Assembly: GCA_963805065.1 (NCBI GenBank)
Contig: CAWDSS010000010.1
Location: 275,696 to 339,695, forward strand
Length of the DNA stretch: 64,000 nucleotides
Direction of reading: 5' to 3'
Origin: Candidatus Omnitrophota bacterium
Lineage (GTDB): Bacteria; Omnitrophota; Gorgyraeia; Gygaellales; Profunditerraquicolaceae
Numbering within the stretch: the stretch's first letter is position 1; every line of letters begins with the position of its first letter. A model generated the notes under the pieces. The model made no database searches and was not told where the DNA came from. It saw only the letters and a program-made list of their open reading frames with translations. Of the stretch, positions 33,229 through 42,127 are shown piece after piece. The position numbers and the translations under genes are program-made.

Positions 33229-33343
33229 AATGAAGACATAACTTACGGAGCGTAAGCGAACGTAAGTTATTGTCTGAATTTGTCCCCGCGTTTTGCTTCG
33301 CAAAGCGAAGCAGCGGGGATTAATTCGCAAAAAAGGAGCAGGT
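33229..33343 (+). promoter_or_regulatory. conserved two-hairpin 5' leader element, copy a
   Basis: It starts AATGAAGACATAACTTACGG. Hairpin 1 pairs 33238-33247 with 33261-33270. Hairpin 2 is TCCCCGC...GCGGGGA, pairing 33283-33289 with 33313-33319. An SD and ATG follow. It is homologous to the reverse complement of 38489-38620. Confidence 0.6.
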
Positions 33344-34753
33344 ATGCTAAAAGCGTTACGCAATAAGAAAACGGCAAGAAAAATATGGATTGTCCTGGCA
33401 ATTATAATTGTTCCGGCATTTGTCCTCTGGGGCCTGGGAGGAGCTTTACGCAGCAAGCAGGAAGCAGCTTATGTAGGCAGGATTTTCGGCCGGGAAATCT
33501 CAAGCATGGAATATAAAGACGCCCTGATTGCCGTGACAAATACAGCAATCATGCAGTATGGTGATAAATTACCCGAGGTACAAAAATACCTTAACTTAGA
33601 GGCCCAAGCATGGGAAAGGCTTATTCTACTACATGAGACAAAGTGGCGTAAAATTCGGGCGAGCGATAAAGAAGTTATTGAACTGATTGAGGCTTATCCG
33701 TTTTTTCAGCGTAACGGACAATTTGATAACCGGATATATTCACAAACTCTGCGCTATTTATTCAGGATTCAACCCCGTGCCTTCGAAGAGCAGACGCGGC
33801 AAAACATAATGATCGCCAAGCTGTTCAATCAGGTTACCCGCAAAATCAACATAACCCCGGAAGAACTAAAGGAGGAATACAGAAAAGCAAATGAAGAGAT
33901 AAGCCTTTATTACATAGCGGCCTTACCTTCTGATTTCGCAAAACAAATTAACCCCAGCGATCAGCAGATCAAGGATTACTATGAGAAAAATTCCCTTGAA
34001 TTTAAACTTCCCCCTTCCTTCAACCTCGATTACGTATCTGTCGATTCCGAGGAAAAGGCAAAAAATATAATTACGGGCTTATCCAAAAAAGAAGACTTGG
34101 GAAAGATAGCAAAGAATTTGGGGCTAACCCTCAAGGAAACCGGATTGTTCAAACAGACAGACCCTATACCCGGCATTGGCTGGTCTCCGGAAATCGCAAG
34201 CCTGATTTCCAAATTAAATATCGGGCAATGCAGCCAGCCGATACTCTATGAAAAGAATTACTACTTTTTAAGGCTCAAGGATAAAAAAGAAGCTTATATC
34301 CCGGAATTCGATAAAATAAAAGATAAGGTAAAAGAAACGGTTATAAAGAAGGGTTCTGGTGAATTGGCAAAGAAAAATTCCCAAGACTGCCTGAAGTACA
34401 TGAAAGAATTATACAAACAAAATCCTAAACTTGTTGATTTTGGAGTATGTGCAAATAAATTCAACTTAAAGTCAGACTCTACAAAACTGTTTAAATTCGG
34501 CAGCTATATTGAGGGGATAGGTGCATCTGATGATTTCTGGAACGCCGGCGCTAGCCTAAAGCCGCAAGAGTTTAGTGATGTAATCGCTATTCCTATCGGA
34601 TTTTTTATCGTAAAGGTTAAGGACAGGACTGTAACTGACGGGAGCAAATTCGAAAAGGAAAAAACTGACTTCGCACAAAAATTACTATCTCAAAAGAAAC
34701 AGGCGTATTTTTCTTCGTTTGTAGACGACCTGAAGAAAAAAACGCAGATTTAA
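33344..34753 (+). CDS. periplasmic chaperone / PPIase-like protein (PpiD/SurA family)
   Basis: The start is moved to MLKALRNKKTARKIW, preceded by AAAGGAGCAGGT. It has an N-terminal TM anchor and SurA-N-like and parvulin-like segments. It is the only convincing plus-strand gene. Confidence 0.7.
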   Translation: MLKALRNKKTARKIWIVLAIIIVPAFVLWGLGGALRSKQEAAYVGRIFGREISSMEYKDALIAVTNTAIMQYGDKLPEVQKYLNLEAQAWERLILLHETKWRKIRASDKEVIELIEAYPFFQRNGQFDNRIYSQTLRYLFRIQPRAFEEQTRQNIMIAKLFNQVTRKINITPEELKEEYRKANEEISLYYIAALPSDFAKQINPSDQQIKDYYEKNSLEFKLPPSFNLDYVSVDSEEKAKNIITGLSKKEDLGKIAKNLGLTLKETGLFKQTDPIPGIGWSPEIASLISKLNIGQCSQPILYEKNYYFLRLKDKKEAYIPEFDKIKDKVKETVIKKGSGELAKKNSQDCLKYMKELYKQNPKLVDFGVCANKFNLKSDSTKLFKFGSYIEGIGASDDFWNAGASLKPQEFSDVIAIPIGFFIVKVKDRTVTDGSKFEKEKTDFAQKLLSQKKQAYFSSFVDDLKKKTQI

Positions 34754-34762
34754 ATCAGCTTC

Positions 34763-34945
34763 TTAGTTTACCTTAATTGCAGTAACCGGGCACTGCTCGG
34801 CCACTTCCGTAAGATTGTGCATCCCGCAACTTTGTGCCTTGACATGAGCAATACCATCCCCCTGGACTTCAAATACCTCAGGGCAAACCTGTTCGCATAA
34901 GCCGCAACCCACACAAGTTGAAACATCAACGCTTACTTTAGCCAT
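34763..34945 (-). CDS. small ferredoxin (single [4Fe-4S]/[3Fe-4S] type)
   Basis: 60 aa: CVGCGLCEQVCPEVF ... CPVTAI. Confidence 0.85.
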   Translation of the reverse strand: MAKVSVDVSTCVGCGLCEQVCPEVFEVQGDGIAHVKAQSCGMHNLTEVAEQCPVTAIKVN

Positions 34946-35016
34946 TTCTTACTACCTCCGTTTAGCTGTCAGTCGCCAGCTATCAATTATCGACTGAAGG
35001 CTAAAAGCTATCAAAT

Positions 35017-35496
35017 CTATCTTTCTAATAAATTCTCAAATATCTCTTCGTGGTTGACTTCTTCCGATAATATATGAGTTACCAGCTGGTAAGTGACATT
35101 GTCCTTGCCCAAGGTCTTTTTGGCAATTTTATTATAAACTTCTATAGCGCCTGCTTCTGCCTCAGTGACAATGCGGATTATCCTGTTAATGTCTGCAGTA
35201 TTCTTTGGCGGCATCGCATACGGAAAATTAGCATGCTTTTCCAGTTCCATGGGATTGGCAATCGGCACATCGCCTAATTTAACGATTAAATCTGCCAATT
35301 CTGTGGCATGCTCCAACTCTTCCTTGGCAACCTTATTCAAAAATTCCGCGATATCTTCGTAGGCGCGGCCGGAAACTATCTGTGCCATGTACCAATACAA
35401 ATAAAACGCCAGCCATTCATCTGCATATGCCTTGTTTAAATCTTTTACCAAATCCTTTAAGCTTACTTCAACTATAGTCCTTGCTTGTTTTCCCAT
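35017..35496 (-). CDS. ferritin-like / Dps-like (DPSL-type) diiron protein
   Basis: 159 aa with four-helix-bundle ligand motifs: EWLAFYLYWY, KEELEHATELADLI, EAEAGAIEVY, SEEVNHEEIF. Confidence 0.7.
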   Translation of the reverse strand: MGKQARTIVEVSLKDLVKDLNKAYADEWLAFYLYWYMAQIVSGRAYEDIAEFLNKVAKEELEHATELADLIVKLGDVPIANPMELEKHANFPYAMPPKNTADINRIIRIVTEAEAGAIEVYNKIAKKTLGKDNVTYQLVTHILSEEVNHEEIFENLLER

Positions 35497-35600
35497 CCCA
35501 CACCTCCTTAATTTTCCCGCTATCTGCGGTCAGAAAATTAATCCCGAGCTTACGCAGAAAATTTCGTAGAAATTTTCAAGTGCTTAAGCGAGGGGTCTGT

Positions 35601-36494
35601 TTATTGCTGATTCTGCTGTGCTTGCGCTTTAAGGCCATATTTTGCTATATTGGCATCAGCAATAGCCTGAATCTGCTTAATTGCATCAGGGTTATTAAGT
35701 AAATGCTTAAATCTGCCTTGAGTCTTCAAATATTCCTCTACAGGCTTAGGTGTAATTTGGCGCCTGGAAATTAATACCCCATTCTCATACTCAATCAGAG
35801 GATATAAACCGGTATCAACCGCTAACTTTGCCACCTTGAACATATCCTCCGGCTCATGCCTCCATCCTAAGGGACAGGATGCGTGAATCTGAATGTATTT
35901 CGGCCCTTTAATGGAAATGGCTTTTTTGACTTTACGTTGCAAATCCTGTATGAATCCGCTTGAACAAGTTGCTACATAAGGAATGCCGTGGGCAAGCGCA
36001 ATTTCCGGCATGGGTTTTTTAGGCCGTATGTTTCCAGATGACTTTGCGCCTATTGGACTGGTTGTAGTATTGGTGCTAAAAGGCGTAAGCCCGCTTCTTT
36101 GCACGCCTGTATTCATATAGGCTTCATTATCATAACAGACATAAAGTATGTCGTGGCCTCTTTCAAACATTCCCGATAAAGCCTGCAGGCCTATATCCGC
36201 AGTGCTTCCGTCTCCGCCCTGCGCGATTACATTTGTTGTGTCTTTCTTGCCCAAATGAATCAGCGCCGCTTCCACGCCAGAAGCAACTGCAGCTGCATTC
36301 TCAAATAGAGAGTGTATCCAGGGGACATTCCATGCTGTCTCAGGAAACCTTGTAGAAAAAACCTCAAGGCAGCCTGTATTATTTACCACTATCGTATTAC
36401 TCCCGGCTGCTTCTATTACCAAACGCGCAGCTATCGCCTGTCCGCATCCTGCGCAGGCAGTGTGGCCGGGTTTAAATAAAAGCTTATTGTCCAT
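35601..36494 (-). CDS. porB: pyruvate/2-oxoacid:ferredoxin oxidoreductase beta subunit (TPP-binding)
   Basis: 297 aa: CAGCGQ, GGDGSTADIGLQALS, YDNEAYMNTGVQRS. Confidence 0.9.
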   Translation of the reverse strand: MDNKLLFKPGHTACAGCGQAIAARLVIEAAGSNTIVVNNTGCLEVFSTRFPETAWNVPWIHSLFENAAAVASGVEAALIHLGKKDTTNVIAQGGDGSTADIGLQALSGMFERGHDILYVCYDNEAYMNTGVQRSGLTPFSTNTTTSPIGAKSSGNIRPKKPMPEIALAHGIPYVATCSSGFIQDLQRKVKKAISIKGPKYIQIHASCPLGWRHEPEDMFKVAKLAVDTGLYPLIEYENGVLISRRQITPKPVEEYLKTQGRFKHLLNNPDAIKQIQAIADANIAKYGLKAQAQQNQQ

Positions 36495-37671
36495 ATTCCT
36501 CCCTTAAAAGCTCGGGTTTTAAATCAATGAATTCCAGGTTTATTTCTTTTGCATTCAGTTTGGCGAATATTTCTCTTACGGATTCTAACGTAATATCTCT
36601 TCCTCCCAGGCCTGCTATAAAGCTGCTGATTATCTGAGGAGATTTTTTCTTGCCAAAGAACGTAGATTTTATTTCAACCGCCAAAGGCGCATAAGCGCCT
36701 AATGAAACCGATTTATCTAACACCGCTACCTTAGGCACATTTTTCAAGGCTTCATAAACCCGTGCGTAGGCAAACGGCCGATATGAAATAATTTTTAACA
36801 AGCCGACTTTTTTGCCTTTCTTTCTCAACTCATCAACTACTTCCTTAATTGTCCCGCAGACTGAACCCATGGCCACAATTACTTTCTCAGCATCTTTGGT
36901 ATGATATTCTTCTACCAGGCAATCCTTATAATCGCGGTTAAACAGGGCTTTGAATTCTGTACTCACTTGGGGTAACATTTCTAATACGTGCTTAAAGGTT
37001 TCCTGTATTGCGAAGCGTGCCTCCATATAATAATCAGGATCAGCCAATATCCCCATAGTTAACGGCTCTGCAGTATCAAGCTTATACAAAGGTTTATATG
37101 CCGGCAGGAATTTATCTACCTTGTCTTGTTCGGGCATATCCACTGATTCCATGCCGTGTGTTAATATAAAGCCATCCATACACACCATCACAGGAAGCAT
37201 TATGGATTTATCTTCGCTTAAACGGTAGCCCATGAAGTGAAAATCAACTGCCTCCTGGTTATTTTCCGCGTAAAGCTGAATCCATCCTGCATCACGCAAG
37301 GATATGGAATCCTGCTGGTCGTTCCATATATTTATGGGAGCGGATACTGCGCGGTTAGCACAGGTTAAAACTAAGGGAAGCCGCAGCCCCGCGATATTAA
37401 AAATAACTTCTGCCATGTAAAGCAGACCTTGAGAACTGGTAGCCGTATAAGAACGCACCCCTGCTGCAACACCTCCCAACACCACCGACGCAGCGGAATG
37501 TTCGCTTTCCACATTCACGAATTGGGAGTTTAATTCTCCGTTGGCAACCATTTGGGCCAATTCTTCCACTATGTGCGTCTGAGGGGTTATGGGATAAGCA
37601 GAGATGACTCCCGGCTTACACAACTTTACCGCTTCAGCAATTGCGCGCGAACCTTCTAAGAATGCTTTCAC
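36484..37671 (-). CDS. porA: pyruvate/2-oxoacid:ferredoxin oxidoreductase alpha subunit
   Basis: The start is reassigned to a GTG at 37671, with a GTGA overlap onto the porD stop and GGAG 8 nt upstream. This gives VKAFLEGSRAIAEAV... and removes the Arg-rich 28-aa extension in the ORF track. Confidence 0.88.
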   Translation of the reverse strand: MKAFLEGSRAIAEAVKLCKPGVISAYPITPQTHIVEELAQMVANGELNSQFVNVESEHSAASVVLGGVAAGVRSYTATSSQGLLYMAEVIFNIAGLRLPLVLTCANRAVSAPINIWNDQQDSISLRDAGWIQLYAENNQEAVDFHFMGYRLSEDKSIMLPVMVCMDGFILTHGMESVDMPEQDKVDKFLPAYKPLYKLDTAEPLTMGILADPDYYMEARFAIQETFKHVLEMLPQVSTEFKALFNRDYKDCLVEEYHTKDAEKVIVAMGSVCGTIKEVVDELRKKGKKVGLLKIISYRPFAYARVYEALKNVPKVAVLDKSVSLGAYAPLAVEIKSTFFGKKKSPQIISSFIAGLGGRDITLESVREIFAKLNAKEINLEFIDLKPELLREEYGQ

Positions 37672-37940
37672 TTCTTTTCTCCTTCGGGGTTTTCTTCTAT
37701 CATCACAATATCGCCTTTGGGGCATACAAGCGTGCAAAGCCCGCAGCCCTTGCAATAATTATAATCACAGGTATAGGCATTCTTTTCTTTACCCTGGATA
37801 CAGCCTTCAGGGCATACCGTAATACACATCTTACAACCTATGCAGTTCTTCTTTAAGAATTCAGGCCTTAGCTTTATTCTCCAGGCCCCTGTCTTATCGC
37901 CTTTACTCTTTATGGGTTTTACTATTAACGGTCCAAACAT
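37668..37940 (-). CDS. porD: pyruvate:ferredoxin oxidoreductase delta subunit (2x[4Fe-4S])
   Basis: 90 aa: CIGCKMCITVCP and CKGCGLCTLVCP. Confidence 0.9.
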   Translation of the reverse strand: MFGPLIVKPIKSKGDKTGAWRIKLRPEFLKKNCIGCKMCITVCPEGCIQGKEKNAYTCDYNYCKGCGLCTLVCPKGDIVMIEENPEGEKK

Positions 37941-37948
37941 AACTCTCC

Positions 37949-38488
37949 TTACCTCTTTATGTATTGATACCCCTGCTTTACTGCTTCAATATTGCCTTCC
38001 AGGGCCTTACCGGAAAATCTCTGCTTTACAACCTTTAATAAGGTATCCAGCTTAATTTCCCCGGTTGCAGCAGCAAAACTTCCAATTAGTGTAGTGTTTG
38101 CTAAAGGCCTGCCAATGGTTTTTAGGGCAATATCGTTTGCCGGAACAACAAAAGCCTTTTGCTTGGGCTTTAGCTTAGGCAAATCTAGCTCATCTTTTGC
38201 GTTTATTATTGCGATCCCCTCTTCCTTCAGGCCGGAAAAACAATTGTAACCACGCATAAGCGTGGGATCCACGATAATCACGAAGTCTGGAGTATAGATC
38301 TGGCTTCTTAAGCGTACCGGCTTTGCATCAACCCTTACAAAGGCATTCATAGGTGCGCCCATGCGTGCCGCTCCAAAATTCGGGAAAGCATAGGGATACA
38401 TCCCTTCTTCAAAATAGGCAAAGCCAATTAAACTGGCGGTAGTAATTGCCCCCTGCCCTGCGCGGGCATGAATACGTATTTCTTTCAT
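37949..38488 (-). CDS. porG: pyruvate:ferredoxin oxidoreductase gamma subunit
   Basis: 179 aa: IRIHARAGQGAITTA. It is first in the por G-D-A-B gene order. Confidence 0.9.
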   Translation of the reverse strand: MKEIRIHARAGQGAITTASLIGFAYFEEGMYPYAFPNFGAARMGAPMNAFVRVDAKPVRLRSQIYTPDFVIIVDPTLMRGYNCFSGLKEEGIAIINAKDELDLPKLKPKQKAFVVPANDIALKTIGRPLANTTLIGSFAAATGEIKLDTLLKVVKQRFSGKALEGNIEAVKQGYQYIKR

Positions 38489-38620
38489 TTAATGTTAGCT
38501 CCTGTAGTTTCCCCGCTGCTTCGCTTTGCTTCGCAAAGCGCGGGGATTAATTCAGCCATAAACTTATGTTCGTTTACCTGCCTGCCAGCAGGCAGGCACT
38601 CCATAAGTTTAGGCTTCATT
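38489..38620 (-). promoter_or_regulatory. conserved two-hairpin 5' leader element, copy b
   Basis: The minus strand reads AATGAAGCCTAAACTTATGGAG...CATAAGTTTAT GGCTGAATTAA TCCCCGCG...CAGCGGGGA AACTACAGGAGC. It aligns with 33229-33343, but hairpin 1 carries an extra GCCTGCCTGCTGGCAGGCAGG palindrome in its loop. Confidence 0.6.
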
Positions 38621-38635
38621 AAAAAACGATTTCCT

Positions 38636-38664
38636 ATAATATAACTTTTAAGTGAATTTGTCAA
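38636..38664 (-). promoter_or_regulatory. sigma70-type promoter candidate for the por operon
   Basis: The minus strand has TTGACA, a 17-nt spacer, then TATTAT, about 15 nt upstream of leader copy b. Confidence 0.55.
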
Positions 38665-38675
38665 ATAATTTATTT

Positions 38676-39719
38676 TTAGGGCAATTTTGTAAGTAAGGAT
38701 GAGGTTTGGGAAAGGAGCGTGAATACTTTTTCCGCTTTTTCAACAGCAAAGGTCCCCAGGCCGCAAGCCGGGCTGATTAAGAGATTGCTGGATAATATTT
38801 CTTCTCCTATTGCCTTATTCTCCAATTGATAAATCCCCTGTTTAATCTTTCTAATCAGTAAATCCGGCGTTTCTTCGCCGCTGAATAACTGCGTAGGCAC
38901 TATGCCCCAGCAAAGAATGCCGTCTCTGGCAAAGAAATCCTTAAGGTCGTTTGCGTAAAGCAATAACCTGTCCAGATACCCAAAGGCGTCAAAGCTGATG
39001 ATATCCAGCGCATTTATTTGAGTAAACATTGACCAATCGGTATTACCGCAGCAATGCACTCCCAGCAAAACCTCTTCGGATTCTAAGGGTTGCGTAAATT
39101 CGGATAATACTTTTACTACATCTTCCCTGTTTATGGGAGTATAAGCAGAGCCAAAACAACCCAGAAACGGCTCATCAATAAACAGTATTATCCTCCTGTT
39201 AAATTTCTTAAACAGCTTAATTTGCCAGAGTGCTTTTAAAGCCAGGGCTTTAGTAACTGCCTGCATATAAATTTTGTCGTGAAGCAGGGCAATCCCGTTT
39301 TCATCGCTGATTCCTGCAGCGAATGTAAACGGCCCGGTTACTTGGCATTTGATAAATTTAATATCCGCCAGGCTTATCTTCTCTAACAGCTGATTGAATT
39401 TATGTAATCCCGGGGCATAATCCTGGCTAATCTTGAAATAATCCGTATCATTGGCAATCACCCGCTCATAAAATTTTTCCAGCTGCTCGTCTTTATTATT
39501 CGGGTTAAAATTAAGCCCTCCGGAAGTCATGGTTAAGCAAGGCAAATTTTCGCTAAACTGGGCAACCATTGCCTCCCGGATATCCCGCTTGGGAAGCTGC
39601 GGCCAAAAGGGAATTGCCGGGACATATTTGAAAATAAAATCCAGGGCCTCATAAGCATCCTTATGCGGCAGGCTGCCTATACCTGTAGCTAATCCTTTAA
39701 TGTTATGCATAAGTTTCAC
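38676..39719 (-). CDS. MetE-like/URO-D-superfamily (cobalamin-independent methyltransferase-type) protein
   Basis: 347 aa with TIM-barrel-like sequence: GIGSLPHKD, FIDEPFLG, HCCGNTDW. The exact substrate is unknown. Confidence 0.5.
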   Translation of the reverse strand: MKLMHNIKGLATGIGSLPHKDAYEALDFIFKYVPAIPFWPQLPKRDIREAMVAQFSENLPCLTMTSGGLNFNPNNKDEQLEKFYERVIANDTDYFKISQDYAPGLHKFNQLLEKISLADIKFIKCQVTGPFTFAAGISDENGIALLHDKIYMQAVTKALALKALWQIKLFKKFNRRIILFIDEPFLGCFGSAYTPINREDVVKVLSEFTQPLESEEVLLGVHCCGNTDWSMFTQINALDIISFDAFGYLDRLLLYANDLKDFFARDGILCWGIVPTQLFSGEETPDLLIRKIKQGIYQLENKAIGEEILSSNLLISPACGLGTFAVEKAEKVFTLLSQTSSLLTKLP

Positions 39720-40167
39720 TCTTTAATGTGCCGCTTGGCCCGATTTCCAGAATTTCTTCAATCTTTACCTTAAAAACAACGAACCTTTGAGGCAATGAAA
39801 TTTCAAAACGTTCATGCACCTTACCCTTTTCTACGCCTTCAATAATACGTTTGGTAGAAAGGTCGATTTGCCTGCTCTCTAAATCCCTCAGTATGTCCTC
39901 ATATGCCGGCCCACCCTCGATTATCTCTACCGGCCCGTTTATACGGTACCCTATAAGAGAATCTGTATCTACAAACGAAATGGAAACGCGCGGATTAATC
40001 AAAATATTCTGCCAAGTCTTACCGATAACATAATCCACCAAGAATATAAAATTCTTTTCTACTTTTAAGAGAAATTTAGGTGCGGCATTGGGGTGGCCTT
40101 TAAAATCACACGTGGCCACGCTGACGAATTCCCTGGATTTAAGAAGCTTAGCGACTTTTTCTGTCAT
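39703..40167 (-). CDS. pyridoxamine 5'-phosphate oxidase-family FMN-binding protein
   Basis: 154 aa with split-barrel sequence: REFVSVATCDFKGHPNAAPK...NPRVSISFVD. Confidence 0.65.
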   Translation of the reverse strand: MTEKVAKLLKSREFVSVATCDFKGHPNAAPKFLLKVEKNFIFLVDYVIGKTWQNILINPRVSISFVDTDSLIGYRINGPVEIIEGGPAYEDILRDLESRQIDLSTKRIIEGVEKGKVHERFEISLPQRFVVFKVKIEEILEIGPSGTLKSETYA

Positions 40168-40214
40168 TAGAATGCCCCGTGTGCGGCAATATCATGCGAA
40201 TGCTTAATTGCTCT

Positions 40215-40243
40215 ATTATAGGCGTCTTTAATTGCTTTTTCAA
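40215..40243 (-). promoter_or_regulatory. sigma70-type promoter candidate
   Basis: The minus strand has TTGAAA, a 17-nt spacer, then TATAAT. The -10 hexamer ends about 47 nt upstream of the 40167 start. Confidence 0.55.
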
Positions 40244-40292
40244 GGCTGGTTTTATATGTTACTCCCTACCTTTTATTTATTCTTTCTTCCAT

Positions 40293-41645
40293 TTATTGCC
40301 TGTTTTTTAATTGGCGTGCTAGTTCCTGCCTAAGTTTCTTAAGAGCCGGGCTTATAATAACCGGATATTTATACCTTGAATAAGGCCCCTGCAATCTTTC
40401 GGGTAATCTGGATATATTGGACCTCACTACTTCTCTTATTTCTTTTAATGAAGGTTTTCCGTAGATTATTCTTCCGCAGGTAACAACCTTTTTTAAAAGA
40501 GGCACACCTTTTATCTTTTCGTTCTCTAAACCTAAAACGTCTCTTATGAATTTACCTTTAATATTTCTCACCCTAAAAATCTGCTTTCTTCCCGGATATG
40601 TCACTTTTGCCTGGCTCAATTTCATCGTCGGAAGGAACCTTCCGTTCTCATCAGTAACTTGGCTTATCTTGTAAATTACATCCAGTGATGGCGCATCCGT
40701 GCTTACGCCCATATTTGTCCCCACGCCAAAACTATCAACCTGTGCACCTCTATCCAGCAAATCTCTTATCTTAAATTCATCAAGATTTCCGCTGGCAAGA
40801 ATTTTTACGTAATTAAGCCCTGCGCCATCTAGCATGGTTCTTGCCATTTTAGACAAGGTCACGATGTCGCCACTATCCAATCTTATTCCCTGTAACTTGT
40901 ACCCTTTTTCCTTAAGATACAGTCCTGCTAAAATCGCATCTTTTACTCCCTTCCCAGTGTCATAGGTATCCACTAAAAGGGTTGATTTTTGTGGAAAGGT
41001 ATCGCAATATGCAAGAAAACTATCCATTTCCTGCTTGAAAGACATGATAAAAGAATGTGCCATGGTCCCGACTATGGGTATAGCGTATAATTTTCCTGCT
41101 AATACATTGGATGTGCCGTTAAAACCGGCGATAAAAGCAGAACGGGCAACTTTTAATCCGGCATCCTGGCCATGTGTCCTTCTTAAAGCAAAATCAAATA
41201 CCGGCCTGTCCTGTGCGCTGGAAACTACGCGCGAGGCCTTGCTGGCAATCATAGTCTGCAAATTTACTGTATTAAGCAGGAAACTTTCGATAATCTGGGC
41301 TTCGATTATCGAGCCGGTAACGCGTATCAACGGCTCATCTGCAAAGAAAATTTCTCCTTCCGGCAATGCCCATATATCTCCTTTAAACTTGAAATTACTT
41401 AAATAGCCTAAAAAATCTCTGGAGAAAATATTCTGTTTCTTTAAAAAGCCGATGTCATCCGGGCTGAAACGCAAATTTCTTATGTAACTCAAAATATCTT
41501 CTAACCCTGCGCTAACCAGGTAAGAGCGATTAATGGGTAATTCCCTGACAAATAAATCAAAGGTGGCAGAAGTTTGACTCCTATACACAAAGTAACTCTG
41601 CGCCATGGTCAGTTCATATAAATCCAGCAATAAAGAATTCCCCAT
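40293..41645 (-). CDS. pncB: nicotinate phosphoribosyltransferase
   Basis: 450 aa: LLLDLYELTMAQSYF, GTMAHSFIM, LRLDSGD. Confidence 0.88.
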   Translation of the reverse strand: MGNSLLLDLYELTMAQSYFVYRSQTSATFDLFVRELPINRSYLVSAGLEDILSYIRNLRFSPDDIGFLKKQNIFSRDFLGYLSNFKFKGDIWALPEGEIFFADEPLIRVTGSIIEAQIIESFLLNTVNLQTMIASKASRVVSSAQDRPVFDFALRRTHGQDAGLKVARSAFIAGFNGTSNVLAGKLYAIPIVGTMAHSFIMSFKQEMDSFLAYCDTFPQKSTLLVDTYDTGKGVKDAILAGLYLKEKGYKLQGIRLDSGDIVTLSKMARTMLDGAGLNYVKILASGNLDEFKIRDLLDRGAQVDSFGVGTNMGVSTDAPSLDVIYKISQVTDENGRFLPTMKLSQAKVTYPGRKQIFRVRNIKGKFIRDVLGLENEKIKGVPLLKKVVTCGRIIYGKPSLKEIREVVRSNISRLPERLQGPYSRYKYPVIISPALKKLRQELARQLKNRQ

Positions 41646-41655
41646 TGCTCTTTAG

Positions 41656-42126
41656 TTATTTTTTAATCAATTCCTTATATTGTTCTTCAGGAAAACTATG
41701 GTCGACTGAAATGATGTGACCTGCCTTGTCTATAAGTATATAGGTAGGGATACCTAAAACATCGTAAGACTCAGCAACCCTCGTATCTTTGTCTAAAAGT
41801 ATTTTAAAATTTAAAGAATTGGCTTTGGCGAATTTGTCAACTTTACTTTCGGACTCTCCTACGTCAACAGCAAATAACTCAAATCCCTGTTTTACCAGCT
41901 GCGGATACCTGTCTTTGAGCCCGGAAAGCTCCTTACGGCAGAAAGGGCACCACGTAGCCCAGAAAAGTAAAATTACAGGTTGTTTTTCTTTATAGCTGCT
42001 TAAGGAATATTCCTTGTTATATGCATCTGCCAATTTAAAATCAGGCGCAAGCCTAAGTTCCTCTGCCGCCGACACAGCTTGTGCCAAAATTAAAAACAGC
42101 AAAATGCCGATAACGTACTTCTTCAT
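41656..42126 (-). CDS. secreted thioredoxin-fold thiol:disulfide oxidoreductase (TlpA/ResA-like)
   Basis: 156 aa with a signal peptide and the active site WATWCPFCRKE. It is adjacent to ccdA. Confidence 0.85.
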   Translation of the reverse strand: MKKYVIGILLFLILAQAVSAAEELRLAPDFKLADAYNKEYSLSSYKEKQPVILLFWATWCPFCRKELSGLKDRYPQLVKQGFELFAVDVGESESKVDKFAKANSLNFKILLDKDTRVAESYDVLGIPTYILIDKAGHIISVDHSFPEEQYKELIKK

Positions 42127-42127
42127 T

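Noticed and set aside
37672-37755. The long N-terminal extension of porA (MQGLRALHACMPQRRYCDDRRKPRRRKE...).
   Set aside because: It overlaps the porD coding region out of frame. A GTG with a proper SD, coupled to the porD stop, gives the canonical PorA N-terminus.
40168-40292. A small TTG-initiated ORF (MKKQLKTPIIEQLSIRMILPHTGHSNDRKSR) upstream of the PNPOx-family gene.
   Set aside because: The SD spacing is too long. The ORF overlaps a near-consensus promoter (TTGAAA-17-TATAAT) that better explains the sequence conservation, and it runs out of frame into the downstream start.
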